Assembly: GCF_013167455.1 (NCBI RefSeq)
Contig: NZ_CP038328.1
Strand: one strand, 5' to 3'
Source: Escherichia coli O157:H7
GTDB lineage: Bacteria; Pseudomonadota; Gammaproteobacteria; Enterobacterales; Enterobacteriaceae
DNA length: 64,000 nt
Part shown: positions 1 to 10,095 of the stretch, piece after piece
Position numbering within the stretch: the stretch's first letter is position 1
How the letters are laid out: every line of letters starts with the position of its first letter
Translations under genes and position numbers: made by a program
Notes under the pieces: generated by a model
The model's database searches: none
The model's input: the letters and a program-made list of their open reading frames with translations, nothing else
What the model was told of the DNA's origin: nothing

Positions 1-648
1 ATTGAGTTTTCTCCGGGTCGACAATTACCGCAACTTGCTGATCAACTGGCAGCGCTGGGGGAGAGCGATCTGTTGTTTGCCCTCTCGCAACACGCGGTTG
101 CTTTTGCCCAATCACAGCTACATCAGCAAGATCGTAAATGGCCCCGACTACCTAATTATTTCGCCATTGGACGCACCACCGCACTGGCACTACATACCGT
201 AAGCGGACAGAAGATTCTCTACCCGCAGGATCGGGAAATCAGCGAAGTCTTGCTACAATTACCTGAATTACAAAATATTGCGGGCAAACGTGCGCTGATA
301 TTACGTGGCAATGGCGGTCGTGAGCTAATTGGGGATACCCTGACGGCGCGCGGTGCTGAGGTCACTTTTTGTGAATGTTATCAACGATGCGCAATCCATT
401 ACGATGGTGCAGAAGAAGCGATGCGCTGGCAATCCCGCGAGGTGACGACGGTCGTTGTTACCAGCGGTGAAATGTTGCAGCAACTCTGGTCGCTGATCCC
501 ACAATGGTATCGTGAGCACTGGTTACTACACTGTCGACTATTGGTCGTCAGTGAGCGTTTGGCGAAACTCGCCCGGGAACTGGGCTGGCAAGACATTAAG
601 GTCGCCGATAACGCTGACAACGATGCGCTTTTACGGGCATTACAATAA
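1..648 (+). CDS. hemD: uroporphyrinogen-III synthase, 5'-truncated at window edge
   Basis: Frame 1 is open from position 1 to stop at 646-648; translation matches the HemD C-terminal two thirds as I recall it (..LLFALSQHAVAFAQSQL..LRALQ); followed by hemX and hemY in operon order. Confidence 0.9.
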   Translation: MEFSPGRQLPQLADQLAALGESDLLFALSQHAVAFAQSQLHQQDRKWPRLPNYFAIGRTTALALHTVSGQKILYPQDREISEVLLQLPELQNIAGKRALILRGNGGRELIGDTLTARGAEVTFCECYQRCAIHYDGAEEAMRWQSREVTTVVVTSGEMLQQLWSLIPQWYREHWLLHCRLLVVSERLAKLARELGWQDIKVADNADNDALLRALQ

Positions 649-669
649 CTCTCATAACAGGAAGCCATA

Positions 670-1929
670 ATGACGGAACAAGAAAAAACCTCCGCCGTGG
701 TTGAAGAGACCAGGGAGGCCGTGGACACCACGTCACAACCTGTCGCAACAGAAAAAAAGAGTAAGAACAATACCGCATTGATTCTCAGCGCGGTGGCTAT
801 CGCTATTGCTCTGGCGGCGGGCGTCGGTTTGTATGGCTGGGGTAAACAACAGGCCGTCAATCAGACCGCCACCAGCGATGCCCTGGCTAACCAACTGACG
901 GCATTGCAAAAAGCCCAGGAGAGCCAAAAAGTCGAGCTGGAAGGCATTATTAAGCAACAAGCTGCACAGCTTAAGCAGGCGAATCGTCAGCAAGAAACGC
1001 TGGCAAAACAGTTGGATGAAGTCCAACAAAAGGTCGCCACCATTTCCGGCAGCGATGCTAAAACCTGGCTGCTGGCTCAGGCCGATTTTCTGGTGAAACT
1101 CGCCGGACGGAAGCTGTGGAGCGATCAGGACGTCACGACCGCTGCAGCGTTGCTGAAAAGTGCAGACGCCAGCCTGGCGGATATGAATGACCCGAGTCTG
1201 ATTACCGTTCGTCGGGCAATTACCGATGATATCGCCAGCCTTTCTGCAGTATCGCAGGTGGATTATGACGGCATCATCCTTAAGCTTAATCAGCTTTCAA
1301 ATCAGGTAGATAACCTGCGTCTGGCCGATAATGACAGCGATGGTTCGCCGATGGATTCCGACGGTGAAGAGCTTTCCAGTTCCATCAGCGAATGGCGTAT
1401 CAATCTGCAAAAAAGCTGGCAGAACTTTATGGACAACTTCATTACGATTCGCCGTCGTGATGACACCGCCGTACCGCTGTTAGCGCCAAATCAGGATATC
1501 TATCTGCGCGAAAATATTCGCTCTCGCCTGCTGGTCGCAGCACAAGCTGTACCGCGTCACCAGCAAGAGACTTATCGCCAGGCGCTGGAGAACGTCTCCA
1601 CCTGGGTACGTGCTTACTACGATACTGATGATGCCACCACCAAAGCGTTCCTCGACGAGGTAGACCAGTTAAGCCAGCAAAATATCTCGATGGATCTTCC
1701 GGAAACCCTGCAAAGCCAGGCGATGCTGGAAAAACTGATGCAGACTCGCGTGCGTAACCTGCTGGCACAACCGGCAGCGGGGACAACGGAAGCTAAACCT
1801 GCACCTGCACCTGCACCTGCACCTGCACCTGCACCTGCACCTGCACCTGCACCTGCACCTGCACCTGCACCTGCACCTGCACCTGCACCGCAAGCTGATA
1901 CTCCGGCAGCCGCGCCGCAAGGAGAATAA
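670..1929 (+). CDS. hemX: HemX membrane protein with C-terminal Pro-Ala repeat
   Basis: 419 aa ORF with N-terminal TM segment ([21 protein letters not shown]), coiled-coil-like region and (PA)15 tail; sits between hemD and hemY. Confidence 0.9.
   Translation: MTEQEKTSAVVEETREAVDTTSQPVATEKKSKNNTALILSAVAIAIALAAGVGLYGWGKQQAVNQTATSDALANQLTALQKAQESQKVELEGIIKQQAAQLKQANRQQETLAKQLDEVQQKVATISGSDAKTWLLAQADFLVKLAGRKLWSDQDVTTAAALLKSADASLADMNDPSLITVRRAITDDIASLSAVSQVDYDGIILKLNQLSNQVDNLRLADNDSDGSPMDSDGEELSSSISEWRINLQKSWQNFMDNFITIRRRDDTAVPLLAPNQDIYLRENIRSRLLVAAQAVPRHQQETYRQALENVSTWVRAYYDTDDATTKAFLDEVDQLSQQNISMDLPETLQSQAMLEKLMQTRVRNLLAQPAAGTTEAKPAPAPAPAPAPAPAPAPAPAPAPAPAPAPAPQADTPAAAPQGE
1798..1887. repeat. 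Perfect hexanucleotide tandem repeat (CCTGCA)x15, in frame within hemX
   Basis: Read directly: cct gca repeated 15 times from codon boundary 1798, then ccg caa; encodes (Pro-Ala)15. Confidence 0.95.
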
Positions 1930-1931
1930 CC

Positions 1932-3128
1932 ATGCTAAAAGTGTTATTGCTCTTTGTGTTGCTGATTGCGGGGATCGTGGTTGGCCCGATGATTGCCGGT
2001 CATCAGGGTTATGTGCTGATCCAGACCGACAACTACAATATCGAAACCAGCGTCACGGGCCTGGCGATCATATTGATTCTGGCGATGGTAGTGCTGTTTG
2101 CCATTGAGTGGCTACTGCGGCGGATCTTCCGCACTGGCGCGCACACCCGTGGGTGGTTTGTCGGGCGTAAGCGTCGCCGTGCACGTAAGCAGACCGAACA
2201 GGCGCTGCTGAAACTGGCGGAAGGCGATTATCAGCAAGTTGAAAAGCTGATGGCGAAAAATGCCGATCACGCTGAACAACCGGTGGTGAACTATCTACTG
2301 GCTGCCGAAGCCGCGCAACAACGTGGTGATGAAGCGCGCGCCAACCAACATCTGGAACGCGCAGCGGAGCTGGCCGGCAATGACACCATTCCGGTAGAAA
2401 TCACCCGTGTACGTCTGCAACTGGCCCGTAATGAAAACCATGCTGCACGCCACGGCGTGGATAAGCTGCTGGAAGTTACGCCACGCCATCCGGAAGTATT
2501 ACGTCTGGCGGAACAGGCGTATATCCGCACAGGTGCATGGAGTTCGCTGCTGGATATTATCCCATCAATGGCGAAAGCCCATGTTGGTGATGAAGAACAT
2601 CGTGCAATGCTGGAACAACAGGCATGGATTGGCCTGATGGATCAGGCGCGTGCCGATAACGGTAGCGAAGGTTTGCGTAACTGGTGGAAAAACCAAAGCC
2701 GGAAAACGCGTCATCAGGTAGCGTTGCAGGTGGCAATGGCGGAACATCTTATTGAATGTGACGATCATGATACTGCCCAGCAAATTATCATCGATGGCCT
2801 GAAACGCCAGTACGACGATCGCCTACTGCTGCCGATTCCTCGACTGAAAACAAACAATCCGGAACAGCTGGAAAAAGTGCTGCGCCAGCAAATCAAAAAC
2901 GTCGGCGATCGCCCGCTGTTGTGGAGCACACTGGGCCAGTCACTGATGAAGCACGGAGAATGGCAGGAAGCATCGCTCGCCTTCCGCGCAGCGCTGAAAC
3001 AACGTCCGGACGCCTACGATTACGCATGGCTTGCCGACGCGCTGGACAGACTGCACAAGCCGGAAGAAGCTGCAGCGATGCGTCGCGACGGTTTGATGTT
3101 AACGTTGCAGAACAACCCACCACAGTAG
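1932..3128 (+). CDS. hemY: HemY protein (TPR-like, heme biosynthesis-associated)
   Basis: 398 aa ORF; N-terminal TM helices; start is 3 nt after the hemX stop; length matches HemY. Confidence 0.9.
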   Translation: MLKVLLLFVLLIAGIVVGPMIAGHQGYVLIQTDNYNIETSVTGLAIILILAMVVLFAIEWLLRRIFRTGAHTRGWFVGRKRRRARKQTEQALLKLAEGDYQQVEKLMAKNADHAEQPVVNYLLAAEAAQQRGDEARANQHLERAAELAGNDTIPVEITRVRLQLARNENHAARHGVDKLLEVTPRHPEVLRLAEQAYIRTGAWSSLLDIIPSMAKAHVGDEEHRAMLEQQAWIGLMDQARADNGSEGLRNWWKNQSRKTRHQVALQVAMAEHLIECDDHDTAQQIIIDGLKRQYDDRLLLPIPRLKTNNPEQLEKVLRQQIKNVGDRPLLWSTLGQSLMKHGEWQEASLAFRAALKQRPDAYDYAWLADALDRLHKPEEAAAMRRDGLMLTLQNNPPQ

Positions 3129-3175
3129 TTCCTTCTCACCCGGAGGCAAGCACCTCCGGGACCTTCCTGACACAT

Positions 3176-3382
3176 AAAAAAACGCCTGCTCTTATTACGG
3201 AGCAGGCGTTAAAACAGGTCTGTATGACAACAAGTGGGTGCTTCACTCAACGTTGTGTCCATGGTGTCTGATGAGGCATAAGCGACATCTGTCAGTGGAC
3301 GATAAGCACCGTAAACGGCTCTGCGTCATTCCGGAGTTTATGAGGCACTAAGGCGAACATAAGAGATGGAATGAGCATCTAC
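3176..3382 (-). ncRNA. glmZ: GlmZ small RNA (activator of glmS translation)
   Basis: Reverse complement of 3176..3382 reads GTAGATGCTCATTCCATCTCTTATGTTCGCC...CGCCTGCTCCGTAATAAGAGCAGGCGTTTTTTT, matching the GlmZ sequence as I recall it, including its intrinsic terminator hairpin and U-tract; lies between hemY and aslA as expected. Confidence 0.85.
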
Positions 3383-3806
3383 TCGTTTATTATGCCACAG
3401 AGAATCGGGAAATAACATCCCTTAACACTTGTTATGAGATAATTCTGTAATCCTCTTTGCTTCCTGAGTAATAACTTCCTGAGTGAATATTTAACCTGAG
3501 CTTGATCCTACACATACTTATTATGAATGATAAAATTCATTCAATTAATAACACATATATTAATTGCCGTTAAAACTAAAAACAGCATCAATAATCAACG
3601 CGATATAATAAACCTGCCTTACATATCAACTGCGCCAGAGGTAGGATTGAAAACGCTCTCCTGATTTTTAAATTCATTTCTTGGATAAATAAATAATTTA
3701 TTTTTATCACTATTATTTATGTAATCATCCTGTCAGGGAGAGGGATCTCAATTATCAATGCTTAATTACGTCATCATTTTGTTGACATGAAACCGGAGCA
3801 TTTTGC

Positions 3807-5462
3807 ATGGAATTTTCGTTTTCACCCAAACTTCTTGTTGTTGCTGTCGCCGCCGCTCTTCCTCTCATGGCCAGCGCAGCAGATACCCCGTCAACTGCCA
3901 CCGCGCGCAAAGGCTTTGCCGGATACGATCACCCAAACCAGTATCTGGTTAAACCGGCGACCACTATTGCCGACAACATGATGCCAGTAATGCAGCATCC
4001 GGCGCAGGATAAAGAACCCCAGCAGAAGCTGGCAGAACTTGAGAAAAAAACCGGTAAGAAACCGAATGTGGTTGTTTTCTTGCTGGACGATGTGGGCTGG
4101 ATGGACGTCGGTTTTAACGGTGGCGGCGTGGCGGTGGGTAACCCTACACCAGATATCGACGCCGTTGCCAGCCAGGGGCTGATTTTAACTTCGGCGTATT
4201 CTCAACCAAGCTCTTCCCCAACCCGCGCCACCATTCTCACCGGACAATACTCCATCCACCACGGCATTCTGATGCCGCCAATGTACGGGCAACCGGGCGG
4301 GCTGCAAGGGTTAACCACGCTGCCGCAGTTGCTGCACGATCAGGGCTACGTCACTCAGGCCATCGGGAAATGGCATATGGGGGAAAACAAAGAGTCGCAG
4401 CCGCAGAACGTTGGCTTTGATGATTTCCGTGGCTTTAACTCGGTGTCTGATATGTACACCGAATGGCGCGACGTTCACGTCAATCCGGAAGTGGCCCTGA
4501 GTCCGGACCGTTCTGAATACATCAAGCAATTACCATTTAGCAAAGATGACGTTCATGCGGTGCGCGGCGGCGAACAACAGGCCATTGCCGACATTACGCC
4601 GAAATATATGGAAGATCTGGATCAACGCTGGATGGAATATGGCGTTAAGTTCCTCGACAAGATGGCGAAGAGTGATAAGCCTTTCTTCCTCTATTACGGC
4701 ACTCGCGGCTGTCACTTCGATAACTACCCGAACGCCAAATATGCGGGTAGCTCTCCGGCACGCACCTCGTATGGCGACTGCATGGTGGAAATGAACGATG
4801 TGTTCGCTAATCTGTATAAAGCACTGGAGAAAAACGGTCAGCTTGATAACACGCTGATTGTCTTTACCTCCGATAACGGACCGGAAGCCGAAGTACCGCC
4901 GCACGGACGCACACCGTTCCGTGGTGCGAAAGGATCTACCTGGGAAGGCGGCGTTCGCGTACCGACTTTCGTTTACTGGAAAGGCATGATCCAACCGCGT
5001 AAATCTGACGGTATTGTTGATCTGGCAGATCTCTTCCCAACAGCACTGGATCTGGCGGGGCATCCTGGTGCGAAAGTGGCGAATTTAGTGCCGAAAACCA
5101 CCTTTATCGATGGTGTGGACCAGACATCTTTCTTCCTGGGAACAAATGGTCAGTCTAACCGTAAGGCCGAGCACTACTTCCTCAACGGTAAACTCGCTGC
5201 TGTGCGTATGGATGAATTCAAGTATCACGTCCTGATTCAGCAACCTTACGCTTATACCCAGAGCGGATATCAGGGTGGATTCACCGGCACAGTAATGCAA
5301 ACAGCCGGATCGTCGGTGTTTAACCTCTACACCGATCCGCAGGAGAGCGACTCTATCGGCGTGCGCCATATTCCGATGGGTGTACCGCTACAGACCGAAA
5401 TGCACGCGTATATGGAGATCCTGAAAAAGTATCCACCACGCGCGCAGATTAAATCTGATTAA
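3807..5462 (+). CDS. aslA: arylsulfatase-like sulfatase with signal peptide
   Basis: 551 aa ORF; N-terminal signal peptide ([19 protein letters not shown]); sulfatase-family core region with C-T-P-T-R-type motif ([12 protein letters not shown]); position between glmZ and aslB. Confidence 0.9.
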   Translation: MEFSFSPKLLVVAVAAALPLMASAADTPSTATARKGFAGYDHPNQYLVKPATTIADNMMPVMQHPAQDKEPQQKLAELEKKTGKKPNVVVFLLDDVGWMDVGFNGGGVAVGNPTPDIDAVASQGLILTSAYSQPSSSPTRATILTGQYSIHHGILMPPMYGQPGGLQGLTTLPQLLHDQGYVTQAIGKWHMGENKESQPQNVGFDDFRGFNSVSDMYTEWRDVHVNPEVALSPDRSEYIKQLPFSKDDVHAVRGGEQQAIADITPKYMEDLDQRWMEYGVKFLDKMAKSDKPFFLYYGTRGCHFDNYPNAKYAGSSPARTSYGDCMVEMNDVFANLYKALEKNGQLDNTLIVFTSDNGPEAEVPPHGRTPFRGAKGSTWEGGVRVPTFVYWKGMIQPRKSDGIVDLADLFPTALDLAGHPGAKVANLVPKTTFIDGVDQTSFFLGTNGQSNRKAEHYFLNGKLAAVRMDEFKYHVLIQQPYAYTQSGYQGGFTGTVMQTAGSSVFNLYTDPQESDSIGVRHIPMGVPLQTEMHAYMEILKKYPPRAQIKSD

Positions 5463-5490
5463 GCCGGCGCTATCGCTGAGATCTGCCTTT

Positions 5491-5595
<105 letters not shown>

Positions 5596-5629
5596 ATCAA
5601 CCGCAGGCGACCACAAAATGGCCGCTTTT

Positions 5630-6865
5630 TTACTTACTCACCACCAGCAAATGCGCCTGCATAATGTCGCTGGCCGGGCGACCGTGCGCCAGCAAATCAG
5701 CCATTGCTTTAAGATATGGCGGTAGATGGCGGAAATAACGCTGATACCCGGCACACAAATAATTCAGTCCCGGTTTGCCGCTGGCATCGAGCATGAAGCG
5801 GTGTTTCGGGCAGCCTCCCCAACATGCTTTTAACACGTTACAACTGCGACACTGCGCCGGTAATTGCTTAAATTTATCTTCACCAAACACCTGCTGTTGC
5901 GGGGAATCGATCATTTCTGCAATTGTTTGCTGGTGCATATTCCCCAGTCGATATTGCGGATAAACATAGTGATCGCAGGCGTAAACGTCGCCATTGTGCT
6001 CAACAATCACCGAGCGCCCACAGGTTGGCTGATGATGGCAAACCGCACCCGGCGCACCGACAAAATTGGCAAACGCCCATTCGATATTCATCACGAAAAT
6101 CTTGCCGACGTCGCGTTTAATCCAGTGGTCGAATATCGCCACCAGAAATTCACCAAATTCATCGGGGCGCACAGACCATTCCGTCAGTTCCCCCTGAATA
6201 TCACCAGGCGCATGTAGTTTCAGTCCTTCGCGGGCAGTCGTTTCATCAGCCAGGCGCTCGACCACCGGAATAAACTGGATGAATTCGACTCCCGCATCGC
6301 ACAAAAAATCATAAACCTGTAACGGTTGCTGCGCGCTGGTGCGGTTGACGCAGACCAGCACGTTATAGTCGACATGATGTTTTTGCAGGAGCGTCAGGGC
6401 ACGCATCACCAGTTTATGCGTGGGTCTGCCGCCTTTTGTCACGCGATATTGATTGTGGATCTCAGCCGGACCATCCAGCGATAACCCAACAAGAAAATGA
6501 TTTTCTGCCAGAAATGCACACCATTCATCATCGAGCAGTACGCCGTTAGTCTGGAAGCTGTTACTTATCTTCCTGCCAGCACCATATTTCGCCTGTAGCG
6601 CCACGGCACGGCGGTAAAACTCCAGCCCGAGTAGCGTTGGTTCGCCGCCCTGCCAGGTAAAAGCCACTTCGTTTTGCGGTTCGCTGGCAGCGATATAGTG
6701 ACGGACATACGCTTCCAGCGTGTCATCGTCCATATGCGTGACTGGCTTTTCGCGGTAAAGGGATTGTTTTTCGAGATAAAAACAGTAGTCACAGTTCAGA
6801 TTACAATCGGAACCGCTCGGTTTCGCCATCACATGAAAAGCACGCGTTGGAACCTGTTGCAGCAT
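5630..6865 (-). CDS. aslB: anaerobic sulfatase-maturating enzyme homologue (radical SAM)
   Basis: ORF 5630..6895; CxxxCxxC radical-SAM motif (CNLNCDYC) near N-terminus; start set at the internal Met (MLQQVPTRAFHVMAKPSG) giving 411 aa. Confidence 0.85.
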   Translation of the reverse strand: MLQQVPTRAFHVMAKPSGSDCNLNCDYCFYLEKQSLYREKPVTHMDDDTLEAYVRHYIAASEPQNEVAFTWQGGEPTLLGLEFYRRAVALQAKYGAGRKISNSFQTNGVLLDDEWCAFLAENHFLVGLSLDGPAEIHNQYRVTKGGRPTHKLVMRALTLLQKHHVDYNVLVCVNRTSAQQPLQVYDFLCDAGVEFIQFIPVVERLADETTAREGLKLHAPGDIQGELTEWSVRPDEFGEFLVAIFDHWIKRDVGKIFVMNIEWAFANFVGAPGAVCHHQPTCGRSVIVEHNGDVYACDHYVYPQYRLGNMHQQTIAEMIDSPQQQVFGEDKFKQLPAQCRSCNVLKACWGGCPKHRFMLDASGKPGLNYLCAGYQRYFRHLPPYLKAMADLLAHGRPASDIMQAHLLVVSK

Positions 6866-6984
6866 GGTCGCTCCTTGCCTGAAGTCATCCTTCAATACGT
6901 TAAGGGCGAAATCATACCGTGGGGCAATGAGTTATTACGGGCGTTTATTGCGAAGGGAGGGTGACGAAATGCACAGAAAACAAA

Positions 6985-7008
6985 AAACCCCGCCGAAGCG
7001 GGGTTCAA
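6985..7008 (-). terminator. Intrinsic terminator downstream of proM (tRNA operon)
   Basis: Minus strand reads CCCCGCTTCGGCGGGG hairpin followed by TTTTTTGTTTT, immediately after the tRNA-Pro 3' end. Confidence 0.7.
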
Positions 7009-7011
7009 AAT

Positions 7012-7088
7012 TGGTCGGCGAGAGAGGATTCGAACCTCCGACCCACTGGTCCCAAACCAGTTGCGCTACCAAGCTGCGCTACTCGCCG
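7012..7088 (-). tRNA. proM: tRNA-Pro (anticodon UGG)
   Basis: Reverse complement gives CGGCGAGTAGCGCAGCTTGGTAGCGCAACTGGTTTGGGACCAGTGGGTCGGAGGTTCGAATCCTCTCTCGCCGACCA, 77 nt with encoded CCA. Confidence 0.95.
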
Positions 7089-7130
7089 AAATACTGCTTT
7101 TTGAATTTTTAGTTCAATTCTTTAAAGTCG

Positions 7131-7217
7131 TGGTGCGAGGGGGGGGACTTGAACCCCCACGTCCGTAAGGACACTAACACCTGAAGCTAGCGCGTCTACC
7201 AATTCCGCCACCTTCGC
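7131..7217 (-). tRNA. leuT: tRNA-Leu (anticodon CAG), duplicated copy
   Basis: Reverse complement gives GCGAAGGTGGCGGAATTGGTAGACGCGCTAGCTTCAGGTGTTAGTGTCCTTACGGACGTGGGGGTTCAAGTCCCCCCCCTCGCACCA, 87 nt; identical to the copy at 7357..7443. Confidence 0.9.
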
Positions 7218-7237
7218 ATTGTCACAACTTCTAATAA

Positions 7238-7314
7238 TGGGGTGGCTAATGGGATTCGAACCTCCGACCCACTGGTCCCAAACCAGTTGCGCTACCAAGC
7301 TGCGCTACTCGCCG
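7238..7314 (-). pseudogene. Chimeric tRNA: tRNA-Pro 5' body fused to tRNA-His 3' T-arm/acceptor strand; predicted non-functional
   Basis: Reverse complement gives CGGCGAGTAGCGCAGCTTGGTAGCGCAACTGGTTTGGGACCAGTGGGTCGGAGGTTCGAATCCCATTAGCCACCCCA; 5' 60 nt equal proM, 3' end equals hisR; junction in the shared GGTTCGAATCC; acceptor and T stems no longer base-pair. Confidence 0.85.
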
Positions 7315-7356
7315 AAATACTGCTTTTTGAATTTTTAGTTCAATTCTTTAAAGTCG

Positions 7357-7443
7357 TGGTGCGAGGGGGGGGACTTGAACCCCCACGTCCGTAAGGACAC
7401 TAACACCTGAAGCTAGCGCGTCTACCAATTCCGCCACCTTCGC
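7357..7443 (-). tRNA. leuT: tRNA-Leu (anticodon CAG)
   Basis: Same 87 nt sequence as 7131..7217; follows hisR after a 20 nt spacer as in the canonical operon. Confidence 0.95.
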
Positions 7444-7463
7444 ATTGTCACAACTTCTAATAA

Positions 7464-7540
7464 TGGGGTGGCTAATGGGATTCGAACCCACGACAACTGG
7501 AATCACAATCCAGGGCTCTACCAACTGAGCTATAGCCACC
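7464..7540 (-). tRNA. hisR: tRNA-His (anticodon GUG)
   Basis: Reverse complement gives GGTGGCTATAGCTCAGTTGGTAGAGCCCTGGATTGTGATTCCAGTTGTCGTGGGTTCGAATCCCATTAGCCACCCCA. Confidence 0.95.
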
Positions 7541-7597
7541 ACTACAAATCTTGTTACGCGGTATTACTACCACCGCAGCTCAAGCGCCGGGACTAAA

Positions 7598-7674
<77 letters not shown>

Positions 7675-7679
7675 TTAGC

Positions 7680-7745
7680 GCCGTTGCGGGGGTGGATAAT
7701 ACGGACTTCCCCCCCCTCTGTCTAGTCCCTTTTTAAATAAATTGC
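7680..7745 (-). promoter_or_regulatory. Probable promoter of the argX-hisR-leuT-proM operon
   Basis: Minus strand upstream of argX has a TATTAT -10-like hexamer followed by a GC-rich discriminator (CCACCCCCGC), as in stringently controlled stable-RNA promoters; -35 is not clear. Confidence 0.4.
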
Positions 7746-7776
7746 GCGTTTGGTTACGGTTTGTGCGTTTTGCTGC

Positions 7777-9162
7777 TTATTCCTCCAGTTTATGCGCTTT
7801 CCCGTGGCGATTAAGGCCAAAAACTTTATAAATCGCCGTCACCGCCAGCATAAAGATGATGCCAACAAACAGCGACATACGCGTATCTTCATTAAAGTAC
7901 ATGCCGATCAAAACGCAAATCAGGAATGCCATTGTTACGTAGTTGGCCCACGGGAACAGGATTGAGCGGAACGGATGGCTGGCAATCGCCGCTTTATGTG
8001 CACGCCGAAAACGCAGCTGGCTTATCAATATCACAAACCATGGCACCATCCCCGGAAGCACGCTGGCACTGTAGACGTAGACAAACACACGCTGCGGATT
8101 GGGAATGATGTAGTTCAGGCATGAGCCAATTAGCAGAATAGCAATAGATACTGCCACACCCGCAACCGGTACGCCGTGACGGGAAACTTTCGCCATCGCC
8201 GCCGGTAACTGACGGTTTTTCGCCAGTGCGTAGAGCATACGTCCGCAACTGTACATGCCGCTGTTACAGCCAGAGAGCGCAGCCGTCAGCACCACAAAGT
8301 TGATAATGCCCGCCGCTGCGGTAATACCGATTTTGGCAAAAGTCAGTACGAACGGGCTGCCGTTGCTGCCTATTTCATTCCACGGGAAGATGGTGACGAT
8401 AACGAAAATCGCGCCAACGTAGAAAATCAGGATCCGCCACAGCACCTTGCCTACGGCACTGCGCAGCGTCACCTGCGGATTCTTCGCTTCACCGGCAGTA
8501 ATGCCAATCAGCTCCACGCCCTGGTAGGACGCCACCACAATACACAGCGCGGTCAGGAACCCTTTCCAGCCACCCGCAAAGAAACCGCCATGCTCTGTGA
8601 GATTGCTAAAACCAATCGACTGCCCGCCATTGCCAAAGCCAAAGAAAATCACGCCCAGGCCAATGACAATCATCACGATAATCGTGGTGACTTTGATCAT
8701 CGCGAACCAGAACTCGATTTCGCCGTACAACCGCACCGCTGCCAGATTCGCCAACGCCACCAGCGCCACTGCGATCAATGCGGGTATCCACTGCGCCATC
8801 TCCGGGAACCAGAACTGGACATAAACGCCAATGGCGGTGATTTCAGAGATCCCCACCGCCATCCACATAAACCAGTAAGACCAGGCGGTGAGATAGCCAA
8901 AGAACGGGCTCATATAACGATGCGCATAAACGGCGAACGAACCGGTAACCGGTTCGAGGAACAACATTTCGCCCATTGAACGCATGATGAAAAAGACGAA
9001 CAGCCCGGCGATGATATAGGCCAACAATACGGATGGCCCGGCCCATTTCAGGGTACTGGCGGCCCCCATAAACAGGCCGACGCCAATGGTGCCCCCCAGG
9101 GCGATGAGTTCGATATGTCGAGCTTCCAGCCCACGCTGTAGCTCTGGTTTGTTATCTGCCAT
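7777..9162 (-). CDS. yifK: amino-acid permease (APC family)
   Basis: 461 aa ORF, 12 predicted TM segments, APC-family N-terminal region ([27 protein letters not shown]). Confidence 0.9.
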
Positions 9163-9352
9163 AAATCCTCGTGTTGTGTTTGCATGCTTTCCGGTGTTAC
9201 CGGTTATCGTTATGGGTACATCGAGTGTTGCGAATGTTTTCGTAATTCAGGAGAAATGGCAAATAAAGCATTAAAAATTTGAATGCTTTGTGTAATAAAA
9301 AAGCAGACAGGCGACGGAGTGACCACTCCGTCGCTTTACAAAGAGAGGAAAA

Positions 9353-10093
9353 TCAGAGGTTGCCGGTGTAATGCCAGCGTAAATAACGCAGCAAACGAAG
9401 CTGACGCTTAATGCGGCTCGGCTGCGAAAGCAGGCGGTAGAGCCACTCCAGCCCCAGCGTTTGCCAGATTTTCGGTGCGCGTTTTACGTGACCGGTGAAA
9501 ACATCGTAAGTCCCGCCAACGCCCATATACAGCGCATCTGGATGCACCAGACGGCAGTCGCGCATGAAGATCTCCTGCTTTGGCGATCCCATCGCAACGG
9601 TGACGATTTGCGCTCCGCTGGCATGAATGCGTTCAAACAGCGCCTGACGCTGCTCGGGTTTAAAATAACCATCCTGACTGCCAACGATATTCACATTCCA
9701 CTGGTTGCGCAGTTTAGCTTCAGTTTGCGCCAGCACTTCAGGTTTACCGCCCACAAGAAATACCGTCGTCCCTTCTTTGCCTGCGCGCGCCATCAGCTCT
9801 TCCCAGAGATCGGCACCGGCAACGCGGGAAACCTGCGCCTGCGGGTACTTTTTACGTACTGAACGTACAACGCTGATGCCATCCGCATATTTAAATTCGG
9901 CAGCGTTAATTAACTCCCTGACCTCGGCGTTCTCTTCAATGGTCAGCATTTTTTCAGCATTAATGGCAACCAGCGTTCCCTGCTTAAGCTGCCCGTCAGC
10001 AAACAGATAATCGAGGGCATGCTGCATATCACGCCAACCAATCAACTGTAAGCCACGCAGCGTATAGGTCGGTGCCGTGGTGTTGTTATTCAT
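9353..10093 (-). CDS. wecG: UDP-N-acetyl-D-mannosaminuronic acid transferase (ECA biosynthesis)
   Basis: 246 aa ORF at distal end of the ECA cluster; WecG/TagA glycosyltransferase family; length matches. Confidence 0.9.
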   Translation of the reverse strand: MNNNTTAPTYTLRGLQLIGWRDMQHALDYLFADGQLKQGTLVAINAEKMLTIEENAEVRELINAAEFKYADGISVVRSVRKKYPQAQVSRVAGADLWEELMARAGKEGTTVFLVGGKPEVLAQTEAKLRNQWNVNIVGSQDGYFKPEQRQALFERIHASGAQIVTVAMGSPKQEIFMRDCRLVHPDALYMGVGGTYDVFTGHVKRAPKIWQTLGLEWLYRLLSQPSRIKRQLRLLRYLRWHYTGNL

Positions 10094-10095
10094 TG

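Larger units (their letters stand above)
7026..7477. repeat. Direct tandem duplication, two identical 226 bp units (7026..7251 and 7252..7477)
   Basis: Offset-226 self-identity read directly across proM 3' part, spacer, leuT and spacer; bounded by the 11 bp GGATTCGAACC shared by proM, the chimera and hisR. Confidence 0.85.

Noticed and set aside
1669-1920. 83 aa minus-strand ORF with an (RC)n repeat
   Set aside because: Antisense reading of the hemX CCTGCA repeat; sits entirely within hemX, which has a recognisable product and operon context.
3383-3806. 420 bp AT-rich tract, considered as a possible horizontally acquired insert
   Set aside because: No coding capacity, no mobility genes and no flanking direct repeats; it is the shared glmZ/aslA upstream regulatory region, and flanking genes are collinear with the conserved order.
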